35,020 nt of DNA from Octopus bimaculoides (taxonomy: Eukaryota): NCBI RefSeq assembly GCF_001194135.2, contig NC_069008.1:9003932-9038951 (forward strand). Direction: 5' to 3'. The notes beneath the pieces are model-generated. The model saw nothing but the letters and a program-made list of their open reading frames with translations, was not told where the DNA came from and ran no database searches. Positions 11,200 through 23,639 of the stretch are shown here, piece by piece. The first letter of the stretch is position 1, and every line of letters begins with the position of its first letter. The position numbers were made by a program, and so were the translations under genes.

Positions 11200-12415
11200 G
11201 TAATCTTACTGTCAGCAACATAGGACTGAGGGTGCCTGAAGTCACTGGCTTCCCTAAGATATGTGATATCTGAGATACAAATTGGCAGTTGATGTTTATA
11301 ATCATTGATAATGGTCATGTATTCAGAGAGATGTTAACAAGACTTGCTCATCACACTGTTGCTGAGATGGAAGGCTAGATCATCTGAATACCATATTTTC
11401 TGGCATTGAAGCTGATTCTTTCAGAACAAAATTTACAGCCAAAAAAAGGTTAATGTATACACCAAAATGACATTGGAGAAGCAAAAATACCATGTGGAAT
11501 ACAACAGGATTTGGAAAGATAGTGACTGTTTAAATGTATATACTGTAATACTACATTGACTTGCTGGAAAATATGGCAGCTAAAGTCAGAGAGATACACA
11601 TCCTGCTGATGTCTTCTGCTTGGTAGTAAAGTCTTTGTCTTGGATAGGGTCAAGATTTTGCCTCAGGATGTAGTCCTCTACTATCACAGAGAGAAATGGA
11701 TCTAATATGCCTCCTAAAGGATTCCTCTTGTCGTTGTAAACTCTTTAGTTGGACTGTTTGTGTTTTGTAGAGAGCTTGACAGGTTATCTATGATGATGTT
11801 GGCTTTGTCAAACCCATGTGGGATACCGTAATTCAACTCATATAATATGGCTTTTCTGTTGACACTAAAAAATGTCTTTGAGAAATCCACTGATCAGCAT
11901 TTAGATCCTGGTTTCAGCATTTTAGATTGCTACATGGTAAAACAGAACTACCCAACACCAAGCTCGACTTTCCGTTTTCTTCAACTACAAGATAGCAGAG
12001 AGCCTGCCAATTCAGACTGGCTTATTTTCCATAGAACTTCAAAAATTCTTAAAATGGTTAAGAGACAAAACACAGGCCTAGATAACATCCCTGGAAGAGT
12101 TTACTTAACATTAAGAAGAATCCACTCTATCTACTGTGCTTGTGTTTCAATGACCTTTAAAGGTATCAAACTAGTAGCCTTCTCAAATTCTTTGGTTCAT
12201 TTCCAAAGAAAGGTTATCTTCACCTTCAGTCTCAAAAGTCTAGAAACCTACACTCTTTAATAGAATTTTCTTCTAATATCGATCCCATTTTAAAACAGAA
12301 GGTGGCTTCTGCAAAGGCAGATCTCTACAACTACAGATACTTGTTTGTGAGAGGAATTATAGAAGAGCAAAGAATCTTCTAACAAAAAAACATTGATGAT
12401 ATTTGTTAATTTACA
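11200..12415. mobile_element. Old rearranged RTE-like LINE RT remnant with segments in alternating orientation
   Basis: Plus ~12060-12415 reads TGLDNIP...GGFCKGRSLQLQIL...IIEE...LMIFVN. Minus ~11895-11580 reads VDFSKTFFSVNRKAILYELNYGIP...TRGIL. Minus 11390-11379 reads YSDD(LA). Confidence 0.6.
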
Positions 12416-12422
12416 ATAGAAT

Positions 12423-12475
<53 letters not shown>

Positions 12476-12529
12476 GAAGATGGAAGTTAACAGGCTTTAA
12501 TAGTGGATCACGACTTATATTTCTGTACC

Positions 12530-12650
12530 CCACATCAGCTTTTCATCCTTTCAATGTTGATAAAATAAGTACCAGTTGAGCCCTGGGGTCAATGTAATCA
12601 ACTTCCCACTCCCCAAAATTGCTGGCCTTGTGCAAGAAAAAAATTCTGAA
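12530..12650 (+). mobile_element. SINE family B 3' part
   Basis: tttcatcctttcaatgttgataaaataagtaccagttgagccctggggtcaatgtaatcaact matches the full copy at 20627-20827. Confidence 0.7.
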
Positions 12651-13228
12651 ATCATTATGTAAGATAATTACTTAATAATTACTATGTATTCGAATGTTAT
12701 TGAGCAACAGCTGTTTATGGGTGAAATATGATCAAGAATTGCTTGATTTTTTTATGAATTTACTGCCTCAACGATGTACAATACTTTCCACCAATCAAAT
12801 GATTACATTCTGGTGGTAGGTAGTAATTAGAAACCAAAAAAACTCATCACAATAATAGCAACAACAACACTAACAGAGACAGTGTAACCTTCATGTTACC
12901 TAGTGTGGTGAGGGAACAGCAAAGAAAAAAATCTTATTTAACCATTAGCATGATGTAGGTGCATCATGTTGCTGTATCGGTTTCCTCCCCTCTAAATGTG
13001 ATACAATGCACCTGTAGCCTCAGGAGAGAAAACTCGTATGGCAACATGATATGCCTCAATATGCTAAAGGTTAAATAAAAACATAAATAAAATCAAATTA
13101 TGATTCAAACTGAGGATGGGCCTTTTACACATTTAAGATGAAGTATGCTAAGAGGCCAAAAATTAAATCTTTCAAGTTATCAGCATAGGTACTCTTAAAC
13201 GCATGTTACACAAAACAAATATGTATAT

Positions 13229-13410
13229 ATCATCATCATCATCATCATCGTTTAACGTCCGCTTTCCATGCTAGCATGGGTTGGACGACTTGACTGAGGA
13301 CTGGTGCAACCGGATGGCTACACCAGGCTCCAATCTAATTTGGCAGAGTTTCTACAGCTGGATGCCCTTCCTAACGCCAACCACTCAGAGAGTGTAGTGG
13401 GTGCTTATTC
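13229..13410 (-). mobile_element. RTE LINE 3'-terminal fragment (young, close to copy 393-616)
   Basis: Only a handful of substitutions relative to 395-570. The (CAT)n run abuts tgtatatat. Confidence 0.9.
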
Positions 13411-13604
13411 CATGCTACTTCAAGTTTCTCCTCAGGCTGGGCAGAAACTGAATGGACAGAATCTCTCCAACCTGAGCAGCCAGGTTCTGTTGGGGGCTTT
13501 GAAACTTTAAGTAGCACATAATCCAAATCAAACTGTTTTGAATAGTATGTGTAACTCCCAATATATGTGTTGATTGCCCTTTCTTTCATTTGTACAGTCA
13601 TGTA

Positions 13605-13652
<48 letters not shown>

Positions 13653-13842
13653 TCATTTTAGCAAATAGGCACAGGTGTGGCAGTGTGGCAAGAAGNNNNN
13701 NNNNNNNNNNNNNNNNNNNNNNNNNNNNNNNNNNNNNNNNNNNNNNNNNNNNNNNNNNNNNNNNNNNNNNNNNNNNNNNNNNNNNNNNNNNNNNNNNNNN
13801 NNNNNNNNNNNNNNNNNNNNNNNNNNNNNNNNNNNNNNGATC

Positions 13843-13878
<36 letters not shown>

Positions 13879-13964
13879 ATACCAGAGTGTCATGTTTGTT
13901 GATGCTACCCCTGATAGTGAACTAGCATACCTTTTTTAGGAAAACATTAAATAAAGTAAATCTT

Positions 13965-14400
13965 TTGGATTAAAGTAGTAGAAAGGCCAGGAACCCCCAT
14001 AAAATCGCTGATCTATAGAACATCCATTTGATAGGTCCCCATGTACAGAGAACAACTGTATAGTTTGTAGGATGAACCCACAAGTTAACCATAAGGTAAG
14101 GAATGTAGCCGATAGCTTACAGTGTACTGAAGGATGGTGCAGAAACAAAACAAGTTACATTGGGGAGACAGCATGTAGCATAAGGGAGCATATAGGTGAA
14201 CACTGGCAGGAGCTTAAAGAGGAGAAAAGCTCATCAGTGCTCTACCAACATGCTTAATTAGAACATAGAGGCTCAGTTAATAACATAGATGTTAAGGTAT
14301 TAACACATGCAACAGACACGACACTTAGATAACAGAGGCCACACATATAGTAATAGACAAACTGAGCCACAACAGAAAACACAAATAGAACAATAATACC
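13965..14400 (+). mobile_element. Penelope-like retroelement fragment (Cys linker and GIY-YIG endonuclease), decayed
   Basis: Reads CTENNCIVCRMNPQVNHKVRNVADSLQCTEGWCRNKTSYIGETACSIREHIGEHWQELKEEKSSSVLYQHA*. YIGET..S..E..GEH and S.L..H match Penelope-type GIY-YIG endonucleases. Confidence 0.72.
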
Positions 14401-14415
14401 CATCACACTATGTAA

Positions 14416-14963
14416 CAAATCGACCTCAGGACCTATTCTTTGTAAGCCTAGTACTTATTCTATCAGTCTCTTTTGCCGAACCGCTAAGACCACACCAAAC
14501 CCTGCAACCATGTGGTTGGTAAGCACAGAATGAGAGAAAAAAAACCCAGATATAAACAGTATAATACATAAACCTATATACACACACTTAAAATGAAATG
14601 GGGGAAAAACATAGTGGAATAAATAAGTAAACCAGTGAAAAAATCAAAAACTATATAAAGGGCACAGATACAAGCAGTAAGCAAACCCATGCACACATAC
14701 AAAACACACATACAGACACAAATGCATGAGCAGATAAGGATGCATACAATTCAAAGACAGAACGAACGAAACGAAATGTAGAGTTGCTAAAGAGATCAGT
14801 TCTGTGACAAAAGATTTCCAGACAATGGACAGGAGTGGCTGTGGTAAGTAGTTTGCTTACCAACCACATGGTTGCAGGGTTTGGTGTGGTCTTAGCGGTT
14901 CGGCAAAAGAGACTGATAGAATAAGTACTAGGCTTACAAAGAATAGGTCCTGAGGTCGATTTG
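14416..14963. repeat. Perfect 110-bp inverted repeat (14416-14525 / 14854-14963) of an internally deleted family-A SINE (plus copy ~14828-15010)
   Basis: Base-by-base manual comparison gives 110/110 reverse-complement identity with a 328-nt spacer. Confidence 0.93.
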
Positions 14964-15146
14964 CTTGACTAAAGGCGATACTCCAGCATGGCTGAAACAA
15001 ATAAAAGAACTATAATAAACAAGTGAAGAGTGAATAACAGTGCATGTGTTTATCTGACAGAAGGGAAAAAAAAATGTCCATCCCTAAATATAGCTTTTTG
15101 TTTCAATGCACAATTTCATATCAGGATCTTGCAAAACAAATACATA

Positions 15147-15212
<66 letters not shown>

Positions 15213-15428
15213 GCATGCTTCTATATTTGTCAGTAGAGTGGGTATATTAATTGAAGTGTACAGAACTGCTATCTTTGAAGAGTGTAAGGTTACATAATCA
15301 GGCTGTTATCTAACATCCCGTTGAACCCCTAGTATGAAACCAATTGGTAAGATCAGCTGTAATGAATAATATACTGCACATTTTAATATGTGTGTGTGTA
15401 TATATTTACACACACACACACACACATA

Positions 15429-16289
15429 CAGGGTGCGATGGACAAATTGCCGCCATTTTATATTTTTAATTTCACACATGAACATTGTTTTTGATTTTGT
15501 CAACTATACAGTATAGTAGGGTCAGTTGGGCACTGTCTGAGAAAAACAGCACTATGATGTAATTACTCTGCCAGAAATTTGCAAACGACATGTTGTACTG
15601 CTTGGAATTTGCACTGGAAGCTCCAATATGAACATTTCAAAGTGTTTGGTTATCAATCTGAGGACAAACCGAGAGTGATAAAAATCAAACATCCAGTCAA
15701 CATCATGATGTTTGGAGTAATCACTAGTGATGACAATGTTATGCCTCCATTCATCTTCTCACACAGCATCAGACTCAACACAGAAGCCTACATCAAGTGC
15801 CTGGTGGAGGTAGTGCTGCCCTGTGTCATGAGGGTGGCTGCTGGAAGGCCCTATGTCTGGCAACGGGACACTGCACCATGCCACACAAACAGGAGAACCC
15901 AGTCATGGCTGTCAGACAATTTCTGCGACCACATCACCCCTAACATCTGGCCACCTAATTCCCCAGACTTCAACCCCCTTGATTATTATGTGTGGGGTGC
16001 AGTTCAGCGAGAGACCAACAAAACTCTTTGTAACACCAAAGATGAACTGATGGCAAGGGCTATGGCAGAATTCACCAACTTAAACAAGGAGACCACTCAG
16101 AAGAGTGGCAAGAGATTCCAAAGTTGTCTGGAGGCCATGGTTGAAGCCAATGGCGATTTTATTGAATAAATTTACTCTTTAGTATTTCAAGATATTTTTA
16201 TTTAATTTTGGTAAATATATCTGTTAAAATGAGATGTCAGTGTTATTTTTATTCTTGTGTAATTTAGACAGTATATTCACAGCATCCTG
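15429..16289 (+). mobile_element. Internally deleted Tc1/mariner element of the DD37D (maT) family
   Basis: TA flanks at 15427-28 and 16290-91. Degenerate TIRs cagggtgcgatggacaaattgcc / gacagtatattcacagcatcctg. The transposase C-half reads WQRDTAPCH...WPPNSPDFNPLDYYVW with 37 residues between the 2nd and 3rd catalytic Asp. The N-terminal half is missing. Confidence 0.85.
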
Positions 16290-16524
16290 TATATATATGA
16301 ATTGGCATAACAACATATATCAAAATATATGACATGAACAATAAAATGATATTATACCCATAATCTTTACCTTACTTTGGTAAGTTGTAGAGATACTGTT
16401 GTGGCATACAACATGTCTTGAATATTTTTAGATCTGGTAGAGCCCATTCCTTTCCAACCAGCTTTGACCATTGTTAAGTTCTACCAGAAATAGATATACT
16501 ATCACACCTATAACATACTGTAGC

Positions 16525-16790
16525 TATGCTGGGGTATTCCCTTGCAGAAGTTTTAGTCGAATGAATTGTATAGCCTGATATATAGTCTATTGGTTCTCTT
16601 TGCTGTACTGCTAAGTTACAGGGGTGTAAACCACCAACACCAATTGTCAAGCAGGTTTCTTTCTGTTTCCATCTACCAAATCTACTAACAAGGCTTTATA
16701 TGGCCCGAGGCTATAGTAGAAGACATTTGCCAAAGGTGCCACACCATGGGACTGATCTCAGAACCATGTCGTTAGGAAGCAAACTTATCA
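16525..16790 (-). mobile_element. tRNA-derived SINE family A, degenerate
   Basis: Reverse-complement match to family A (tttccatctaccaaat...gaggctatagtagaagacatttgccaaaggtgcc). Confidence 0.7.
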
Positions 16791-17008
16791 TGGTAGGTTT
16801 TTACACTTAGGAACATTTTATTCAGTATATTTTTCACTTTCCCTTCCTCATAAAGTGTATCTTGAAAATACTGGCCCCTTAGGCCAAGGTTTATCCCAGT
16901 TTGGGGTTTAAACTCTTAGTATTCTAATTGGCCATATCTAGCTAAAAATATTCTCCCTGTTTTATGTTCAAACTGACCAAATGTAGCCTTTTAAATCTGT
17001 CCAATGTC

Positions 17009-17265
17009 ATTCATCATCGTTTGACCTTTGCTTTCCATGCTAGCATGGGTTGGATGGTTTGACAGGAACTGGCCTGGTAGAAAACTACCCCAGGCTACTG
17101 TGTCTGTTTTGGCATGGTTTTTATGACTGGATGTCCTTCCTAGAACCAACCACTCCACAGAGTGGACAGTGCTTTTCATGTGGTACCAGCACAGGCAAGG
17201 TCAGTTGTGGCATGGCTTTTACAGCTGGATGCCCTTTCAAATGCCAACCACTTCACAGCATGAAT
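17009..17265 (-). mobile_element. RTE LINE 3'-terminal fragment (older)
   Basis: catcatcgtttgacctttgctttccatgctagcatgggttgga...acagctggatgccctttcaaatgccaaccac. Confidence 0.8.
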
Positions 17266-17812
17266 AAAACAATCCTATCAACAAAATCTCAAAGCTATGA
17301 GATAATGCATGATTCATTTAAAGTAATAGGAATAAATAAGGATTACATCTGACAGAGTAATCTGAATGCTAAAAGGTTAAGTAACTGAGTGGACAAGATT
17401 CCCTGCTGAATGAACTACCACCAGTCCATCACAGGGGTAAACTGCTCACATACCAACTGCTTCTACTTATTTTCAACTAAGCTGAATGAAGCAACATGAA
17501 ATAAAGTACCTTGCATAATAAACTTTGTTGAAGTCAGTTGGATGAATGCAAATCCTTATCTTGTCACCCTTTTGCACTCTGACCTATGTTGCAGGATCAC
17601 AATGTTTGATTAAAATCCCTAGCTGTCCCATGTGATCAAGTTTAGCTTTCACTTTATTGTGAATAATATAAGGAATTCTTAGAGAGTGTATGATTGGTGA
17701 AATATCTAGTTTTAACTCCAGAGAATATTGACTTGGTACTTTTCTAAGGCCTTTACACAGATCAGGGTAATCGAGTGATAAATTAAGAGTTTATCTCAAT
17801 TCTTTATAAATG

Positions 17813-18120
17813 AAGGCATGTAGCTTAGTGGTTAGGGTATTCAGCTCATAATCGTAAGGTTGTGAGTTCACTACAAGTAGTGACAGCGCATAATGTTCTT
17901 GAGCTTTATTTCATGATGCTCAAGTCCAGGCAACAAATGAGTTTTTCCTGTACTCCAAAGGGCCAGCCTTGTCACATTCTATATTATGTTGAATCTCCCT
18001 GAGAACTAAATTAAAAGTATGTGTGTTTGAGCAGTGCTCAGTCACTTGTTAATTTCATGAGTAGATTGTTCTGTTAATTGGATCAACTAGAACCTTCATC
18101 ATAACCAAATGGAGTGCCAG
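17813..18120 (+). mobile_element. tRNA-derived SINE, family C
   Basis: tRNA-like head gtagcttagtggttagggtattc...ggttgtgagttca followed by a non-tRNA body. It cannot form a complete cloverleaf. Confidence 0.6.
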
Positions 18121-20334
18121 TTTAAAAAAAAAAAAATTTTTTATAATAAGTTTAATTTAACATATGTGTCTTTTCTCATGATAGGCAACACCTTCAGATT
18201 GACAGCTTGAAGCATTTAGAGTAAACAGTTGTGTGCTAAGAGGGCTGCTTTAACTCCAAACACAGGAGTTGATGTTTCATCTGGTAGTGAAGCAGTTCTG
18301 GAGGTGTTTCAACCCTGTTGTTGACTGAGTATTTAAGTTTGACCTGACCTTCTGGCAGGCTGGTGCACTGACTGTAACTCTTCAGTCTGACTTTAGTTAA
18401 CTGAAATGTACCTGTGTCAGATGAACATAGTATGCTGTTTAGAACAATACCTGTTTGTGCTGTAGTATCAAGCAGATATATATGTATGTGTGTGTGTATA
18501 TATATACACACACACACATACATACATTTATAAAACAATAATAATAAAAAACACATCTTTAATTGGTAATTCCACCATACAATACCAAAGATCGTTTCAT
18601 TTGTGTCAACATATTTAGATACAGAATGTATTCAAATTGATATATCCAAAATTAGTTAAATTCAAAGTGAACAAAGAAAATCTCTTTAGTAGACAAATGT
18701 ATTCAAAAAGAGCGTTACAAGGAAATATAATATTTTAAGCAAAACCAGTTTAGTATTTTAACTTTTAACAAATTCCTTCTTATTTTTGTTCTTGTTACCT
18801 TACATTCTGAATTTCTTCTCGGTGATATTTGGATTTACTTGTCATACATGAAGAATTATCTTGGATGTTTATTCTACTTGAATTTATTGGTGCCTGATTG
18901 GTGGATATAGTTAACCAAATTCATTTAACACTGAGCACTTTATAGAAATCTGCAAGGATTTATTAATCTCTTTTACTTCACAAACACACACACATATATA
19001 ACTATAAAAGAGAATTTGTGTGTGTATATGTTCCTTATGCATTCAAAACCAACTTGCCAATTTTAACATAAGGGGTATCAAAAGATTCAGCAAGCTTTTG
19101 GCTACCAACTAAACTATATTTTCATTCACATATTTGTATTACAGAAATTTAACATTATCGTTTTTCTTTTAGCCACCTATCGTAAATGACATTTTATATC
19201 ATCACCACAACACCGATGACATCATATTTTCTATATGAGTGTGTTTGCACATTCGTTTTCTTCGTTAGACCAATGACTGACAAGTATATGTGTATGATGG
19301 TGTTTGTGTCGGTCACTATACATACATTTTTGTGACGACTAACACACACACATCTAAAGACAGAGACAGACACACACAGCGACAGGGATAGGCTTGAGGT
19401 GTGCATTAATGTACGTGTGTGTGTGAGTCTTAGTTTATGTATGTAACTTCCCCCCCCCCACACCTCCAACATTGAAATGCGCTAATATTGAAAGTTTACC
19501 TATGGCCTGGACTTAGCAATGTTCATTTTCAAGTACTACCAACATGAAGATTTGGCTAATTTAACACCACTCACAATATATCTGAAAAACAATATTATTC
19601 TGGCTATTATAAGAAATTCGGAAACTTGGCAAAGTAGAAAGCCTCAGTGGCTCTTTCAATATAATTACAGAAATGTTATTCCACTCCTTCTAACCAATTT
19701 CAAGATAATGTTTCTTTTAACAGTCCTTGTGTTCTTCACTGTTTGTATCAACGTCACACAACCTTTTTACTGCATTAGTCAGTATTTATTCTACAGCCTA
19801 TAATGTTATACAGTTCAAAAATATATAGTAATGTCAAATTATATCTTGCTACATACATTCTTCAGCAAATATTTTAAATTAACATTCGCAACAACAGCAT
19901 CTTCCTTTTTATACACTTTGTTCAGCGTTCGTTTCAAAATTGTAAAATAAATTATTTTTGTACGACAAATTGGATTGTGTCTTCTGAATTTTCTCAGACT
20001 TTCACTTTTTTCACTGTGACATTCATTCCATCAGGAATTTTATAACATTTAGTACAAGTTCCAAATAAATGTTGACTTTCTGTACTTTCTTACATTGGTG
20101 ACACATACTAACTTTTGCTAAATTGGTGACTTTTTAAAATTTTTTTATAGCATAACTATGCTACAGAAAGTGTGTTTTGCACCTATATTGACTACATTTT
20201 GTTTTGCTTGAACTTTGTGTACGTACATTTTGCTGTTTTCAATATTATCAATTCTATGAGTGTGTGTGTGTGTGTGTGTGTGTTTGTTTCTGCATTCATT
20301 ACATCTATAGTAAACTATAGTAAAGAACATTTTA

Positions 20335-20870
20335 CGCTGTTTAAATGAGCCCACATCTAATGAAGTAGGCATCCTTATGGTTGGTGATCCCACTGAAAAT
20401 CATGATATTCTCATTCGTGTTTGAGATAACCGTAAACATGTTTCACAAACTCATCCCTCTTATGATGCTCTCCAGTATACTCTTATTCTGTGGAATGGAC
20501 AAGACAGGCATTATTTCAATAATCCTCAGATTGAACTTGCAACAGGATAGCCAATTACAAACAAAAGGGTGTCATCAAATGACTTCTATTCTTACCAACT
20601 GATGCTAAGACCAGAACAATCAAATCCTTTCTACTATAGGCACAAGGCCTGAAATTTTGGGGAAGGAGACCAGTCGATTACATCGACCCCAGTGTCTCAC
20701 TGGTACTTAATTTATTGACCCTGAAAGGATGAAAGGCAAATTTGACCCTGGCAGAAAGTAAAGACAGGCAAAATACCGCTTGAGCATTTTGCCCGGCATG
20801 CTAATGATTCTGCCAGCTCGCCACCTTCCAGAACAATCAAATCAATTGCACATGTCAAATAAACTTGATT
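20335..20870 (+). mobile_element. Helitron Rep-domain fragment (decayed), interrupted by a SINE
   Basis: Reads CLNEPTSNEVGILMVGDPTENHDIL...SQTHPSYDALQYTLILWNGQDRHYFN...NKRVSSNDFYSYQLMLRPEQSN, matching the Helitron Rep N-terminal motifs (N.PT..EV; H.SYDALQY; YSY.LM.R). Confidence 0.78.
20627..20827 (-). mobile_element. Near full-length tRNA-derived SINE family B with 16-bp target-site duplication
   Basis: Direct repeat ccagaacaatcaaatc at 20611-20626 and 20828-20843. The minus strand starts ggtggcgagctggcagaatcattagc (A-box-like) and has a ggtcgatgtaatcgact stem near the tail. Confidence 0.88.
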
Positions 20871-23015
20871 TTCATTTACATATTTTCTATGTTATCTCAA
20901 TAAACAGCTATAGTTATTTCAAATACACTTCTCTGCAATGACCAGGTTTTATTAGAAAATGATAATAGTTTCACACTTTAAATTTCAACCAAAATTACAA
21001 AGTGTTGCATTACAAGAGTGATGATGTGTGAATAATGAAAATAATGTTTCTCCGAATTAGTCATGTATTATAATAATGAAAGCTGCTTATTATCTGTCTA
21101 CCAAATAAACTATGTTTTTCACTCAACAACTCTTTTTCACAGCTAAAATAACCTTGGCAACTAGGTTAGGTCTCACAATTTTGAGGTCATTTTTGGACAA
21201 TATTTTGATTTGCTTCTAATGTATCACTTCCGTCTGAAGTTTCACACGTGTGTAGAATTTTACTTTGACAAACATTTATGAAAATATACATATAAATATT
21301 GTATTAAAATAAGCCACAACCAAAGACCTCCATTTTTCTATATGTTATGAGGAAATACATCCCCTCTCTCTCTCTCTCTCTCTCATGCACAAAAAAGATG
21401 TATGCATATGTATTTATAGGTGAAGGTCAAGAATACACACACCTGGTATTTAGGGTTAGGGTTATGCCGAAAACGGGTGGTGTGCATATTCTTTACCTCT
21501 GCCTATTTATGCACGTGTATATGAAAGATAATGTGTGAGAGAGAGAGAGTGAGTGAGTACCACTTGCACATACATGCAAAAAAAATTCATACATCACAAC
21601 ACACAACTTCACTCACACTCTCTCTCACATACACATCCATTTCATATACACGTACATCTTACACTTTCTCTTCTCTTTTACTTTCTCCTCTCACTTTAAA
21701 GCAAATGTCACCTTTTCACTTTATCCTCTCTTTCAATTTCTGCTCTCTTCAAAGCATACAGAAATTAAAACAATTTTATGGAAATTAACAATCATATGAT
21801 CCCATATATGTCAAGTCGACAACTTTGCTTCTTCAAATGAAAGAATGCCATAAAATAACTTCCTTTGACACACACACACACACACACACACATAGACTCT
21901 AGGTAAAACTTCTGTGTGAATTATGTTCATTCTTGTAGTGTGCATGTGCAACTTTACAGCTCAAATCCAACTGAAATGATCTTTTTCTATTGTGTAATTT
22001 GTGTTTGTGATGCGCATATTTAAAAACCTGATCTTCGATATAAGCTTAAAAGGTAGCTTTCCCAGAAATCCTGTCCTTTACTGCTTCTTTCTAGCATGTC
22101 CAAGGTGACATTTCCACCCCACCCCCACTCCCACCTATGTTTTTTTCCTAAATTTCTTTTGATTCCTATGCTTGCGATACAGAAGATTACAATTTCACCA
22201 ACAAAATACGTTCTCAATATTTTAATTTTCTCCCTCTCCACACCAAATTCATTTTTTTACTTTTTTCAAATTTTTATTCTTGGTAATCCAAGGAGAAAAA
22301 AACAAAGAGTNNNNNNNNNNNNNNNNNNNNNNNNNNNNNNNNNNNNNNNNNNNNNNNNNNNNNNNNNNNNNNNNNNNNNNNNNNNNNNNNNNNNNNNNNN
22401 NNNNNNNNNNNNNNNNNNNNNNNNNNNNNNNNNNNNNNNNNNNNNNNNNNNNNNNNNNNNNNNNNNNNNNNNNNNNNNNNNNNNNNNNNNNNNNNNNNNN
22501 NNNNNNNNNNNNNNNNNNNNNNNNNNNNNNNNNNNNNNNNNNNNNNNNNNNNNNNNNNNNNNNNNNNNNNNNNNNNNNNNNNNNNNNNNNNNNNNNNNNN
22601 NNNNNNNNNNNNNNNNNNNNNNNNNNNNNNNNNNNNNNNNNNNNNNNNNNNNNNNNNNNNNNNNNNNNNNNNNNNNNNNNNNNNNNNNNNNNNNNNNNNN
22701 NNNNNNNNNNNNNNATTAAGAAATTGTGGTAGGGATAGGGGGAAATTAAAATTTTGAAAATGTGACTTCTGTACGAAATCGTATTAACCCCCCTTTATAC
22801 AATGAAACAATACTTAGTTTCTGATCCTTCTTAAGAATAGAAACCACTTTCATTCAAAACCAGGTAAATTATACCCTCACCCTTCACTATTAAACAAGAA
22901 ATAACTTCCATTATTCCATATATATATCAGCTGTGCAGATTCTGCTCATAAGAAAGGAGCAAATAATACAATGTGCCTGTAGGTCTTAACAGTCAGGCAA
23001 TGCCGGGATGCATTG

Positions 23016-23092
<77 letters not shown>

Positions 23093-23094
<2 letters not shown>

Positions 23095-23228
23095 GAATAA
23101 GAAAATGGAGAAATTGACATGTAGACATTGGTTATTTAAAGATATTCAAATCAGTATAATGAAATTCCAGTCCTACAACTGTTTCCATATCCAATTAGTT
23201 CAATTACGGAGATTAAACTAATTTAATT
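23093..23228. mobile_element. Half copy (one arm plus loop) of the fold-back element at 29175-29456
   Basis: atgaataagaaaatggagaaattgacatgtagaca...tataatgaaattccagtcct...caattagttcaattac...attaaactaatttaat aligns with the arms and central loop of 29175-29456. Confidence 0.8.
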
Positions 23229-23394
23229 TTAAAATGTTCTTGTTGAAACTGGTTAATTAGGTATTTCATCAGGGAAGAATTTTCCATAAGAGAGTTACAT
23301 TTCAACATGTTAGTTAACCTACGACAGACTCAAATGTGTGTGTGTTTATATATATATATATCATCATCATCATCATCGTTAAAAATGTATATGT

Positions 23395-23560
23395 TCCGGC
23401 AGAATGGGTGGAGCATTGGGAAAAAAATGCTTTACAGAATTTGTTCTGGGTTCAAATCCTGCTGATATGAACTTTACCTTTCACCCTTTCAGGATTGATA
23501 AAATCAAGTAACCACCACCCCATAGAATTACTGGCCTTGTGCCAAAATTTAAAATTTTTA
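23395..23560 (+). mobile_element. SINE family B, degenerate
   Basis: ggcagaatgggtggagc...gggttcaaatcctgc (B box)...tttcaccctttcaggattgataaaat...ggccttgtgccaaaattt. Confidence 0.65.
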
Positions 23561-23639
23561 TTATTATAAATTTTGGGTATAGTTTATTTAAGACTACAAT
23601 ATTTGGTACTTACCCTCCTCCATACATAGTTATAACTGG

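Noticed and set aside
17600-17790. Possible CR1/L2 RT fragment (FSKAF)
   Set aside because: A single short motif is too weak to call.
17813-17880. tRNA gene (likewise heads at 1890, 3917, 14828, 28238)
   Set aside because: Only degenerate A/B boxes are present, with no complete cloverleaf, and each continues into a SINE body.
18184-18475. Unique higher-complexity island with an acceptor-like site; possible exon of another gene
   Set aside because: All three plus frames stop early, and the minus ORF has no recognisable homology or convincing splice pair. It is unresolved without RNA-seq.
21446-21465. Telomere-like ttagggttagggtta
   Set aside because: Only about 2.5 units, which is expected by chance or as part of a repeat.
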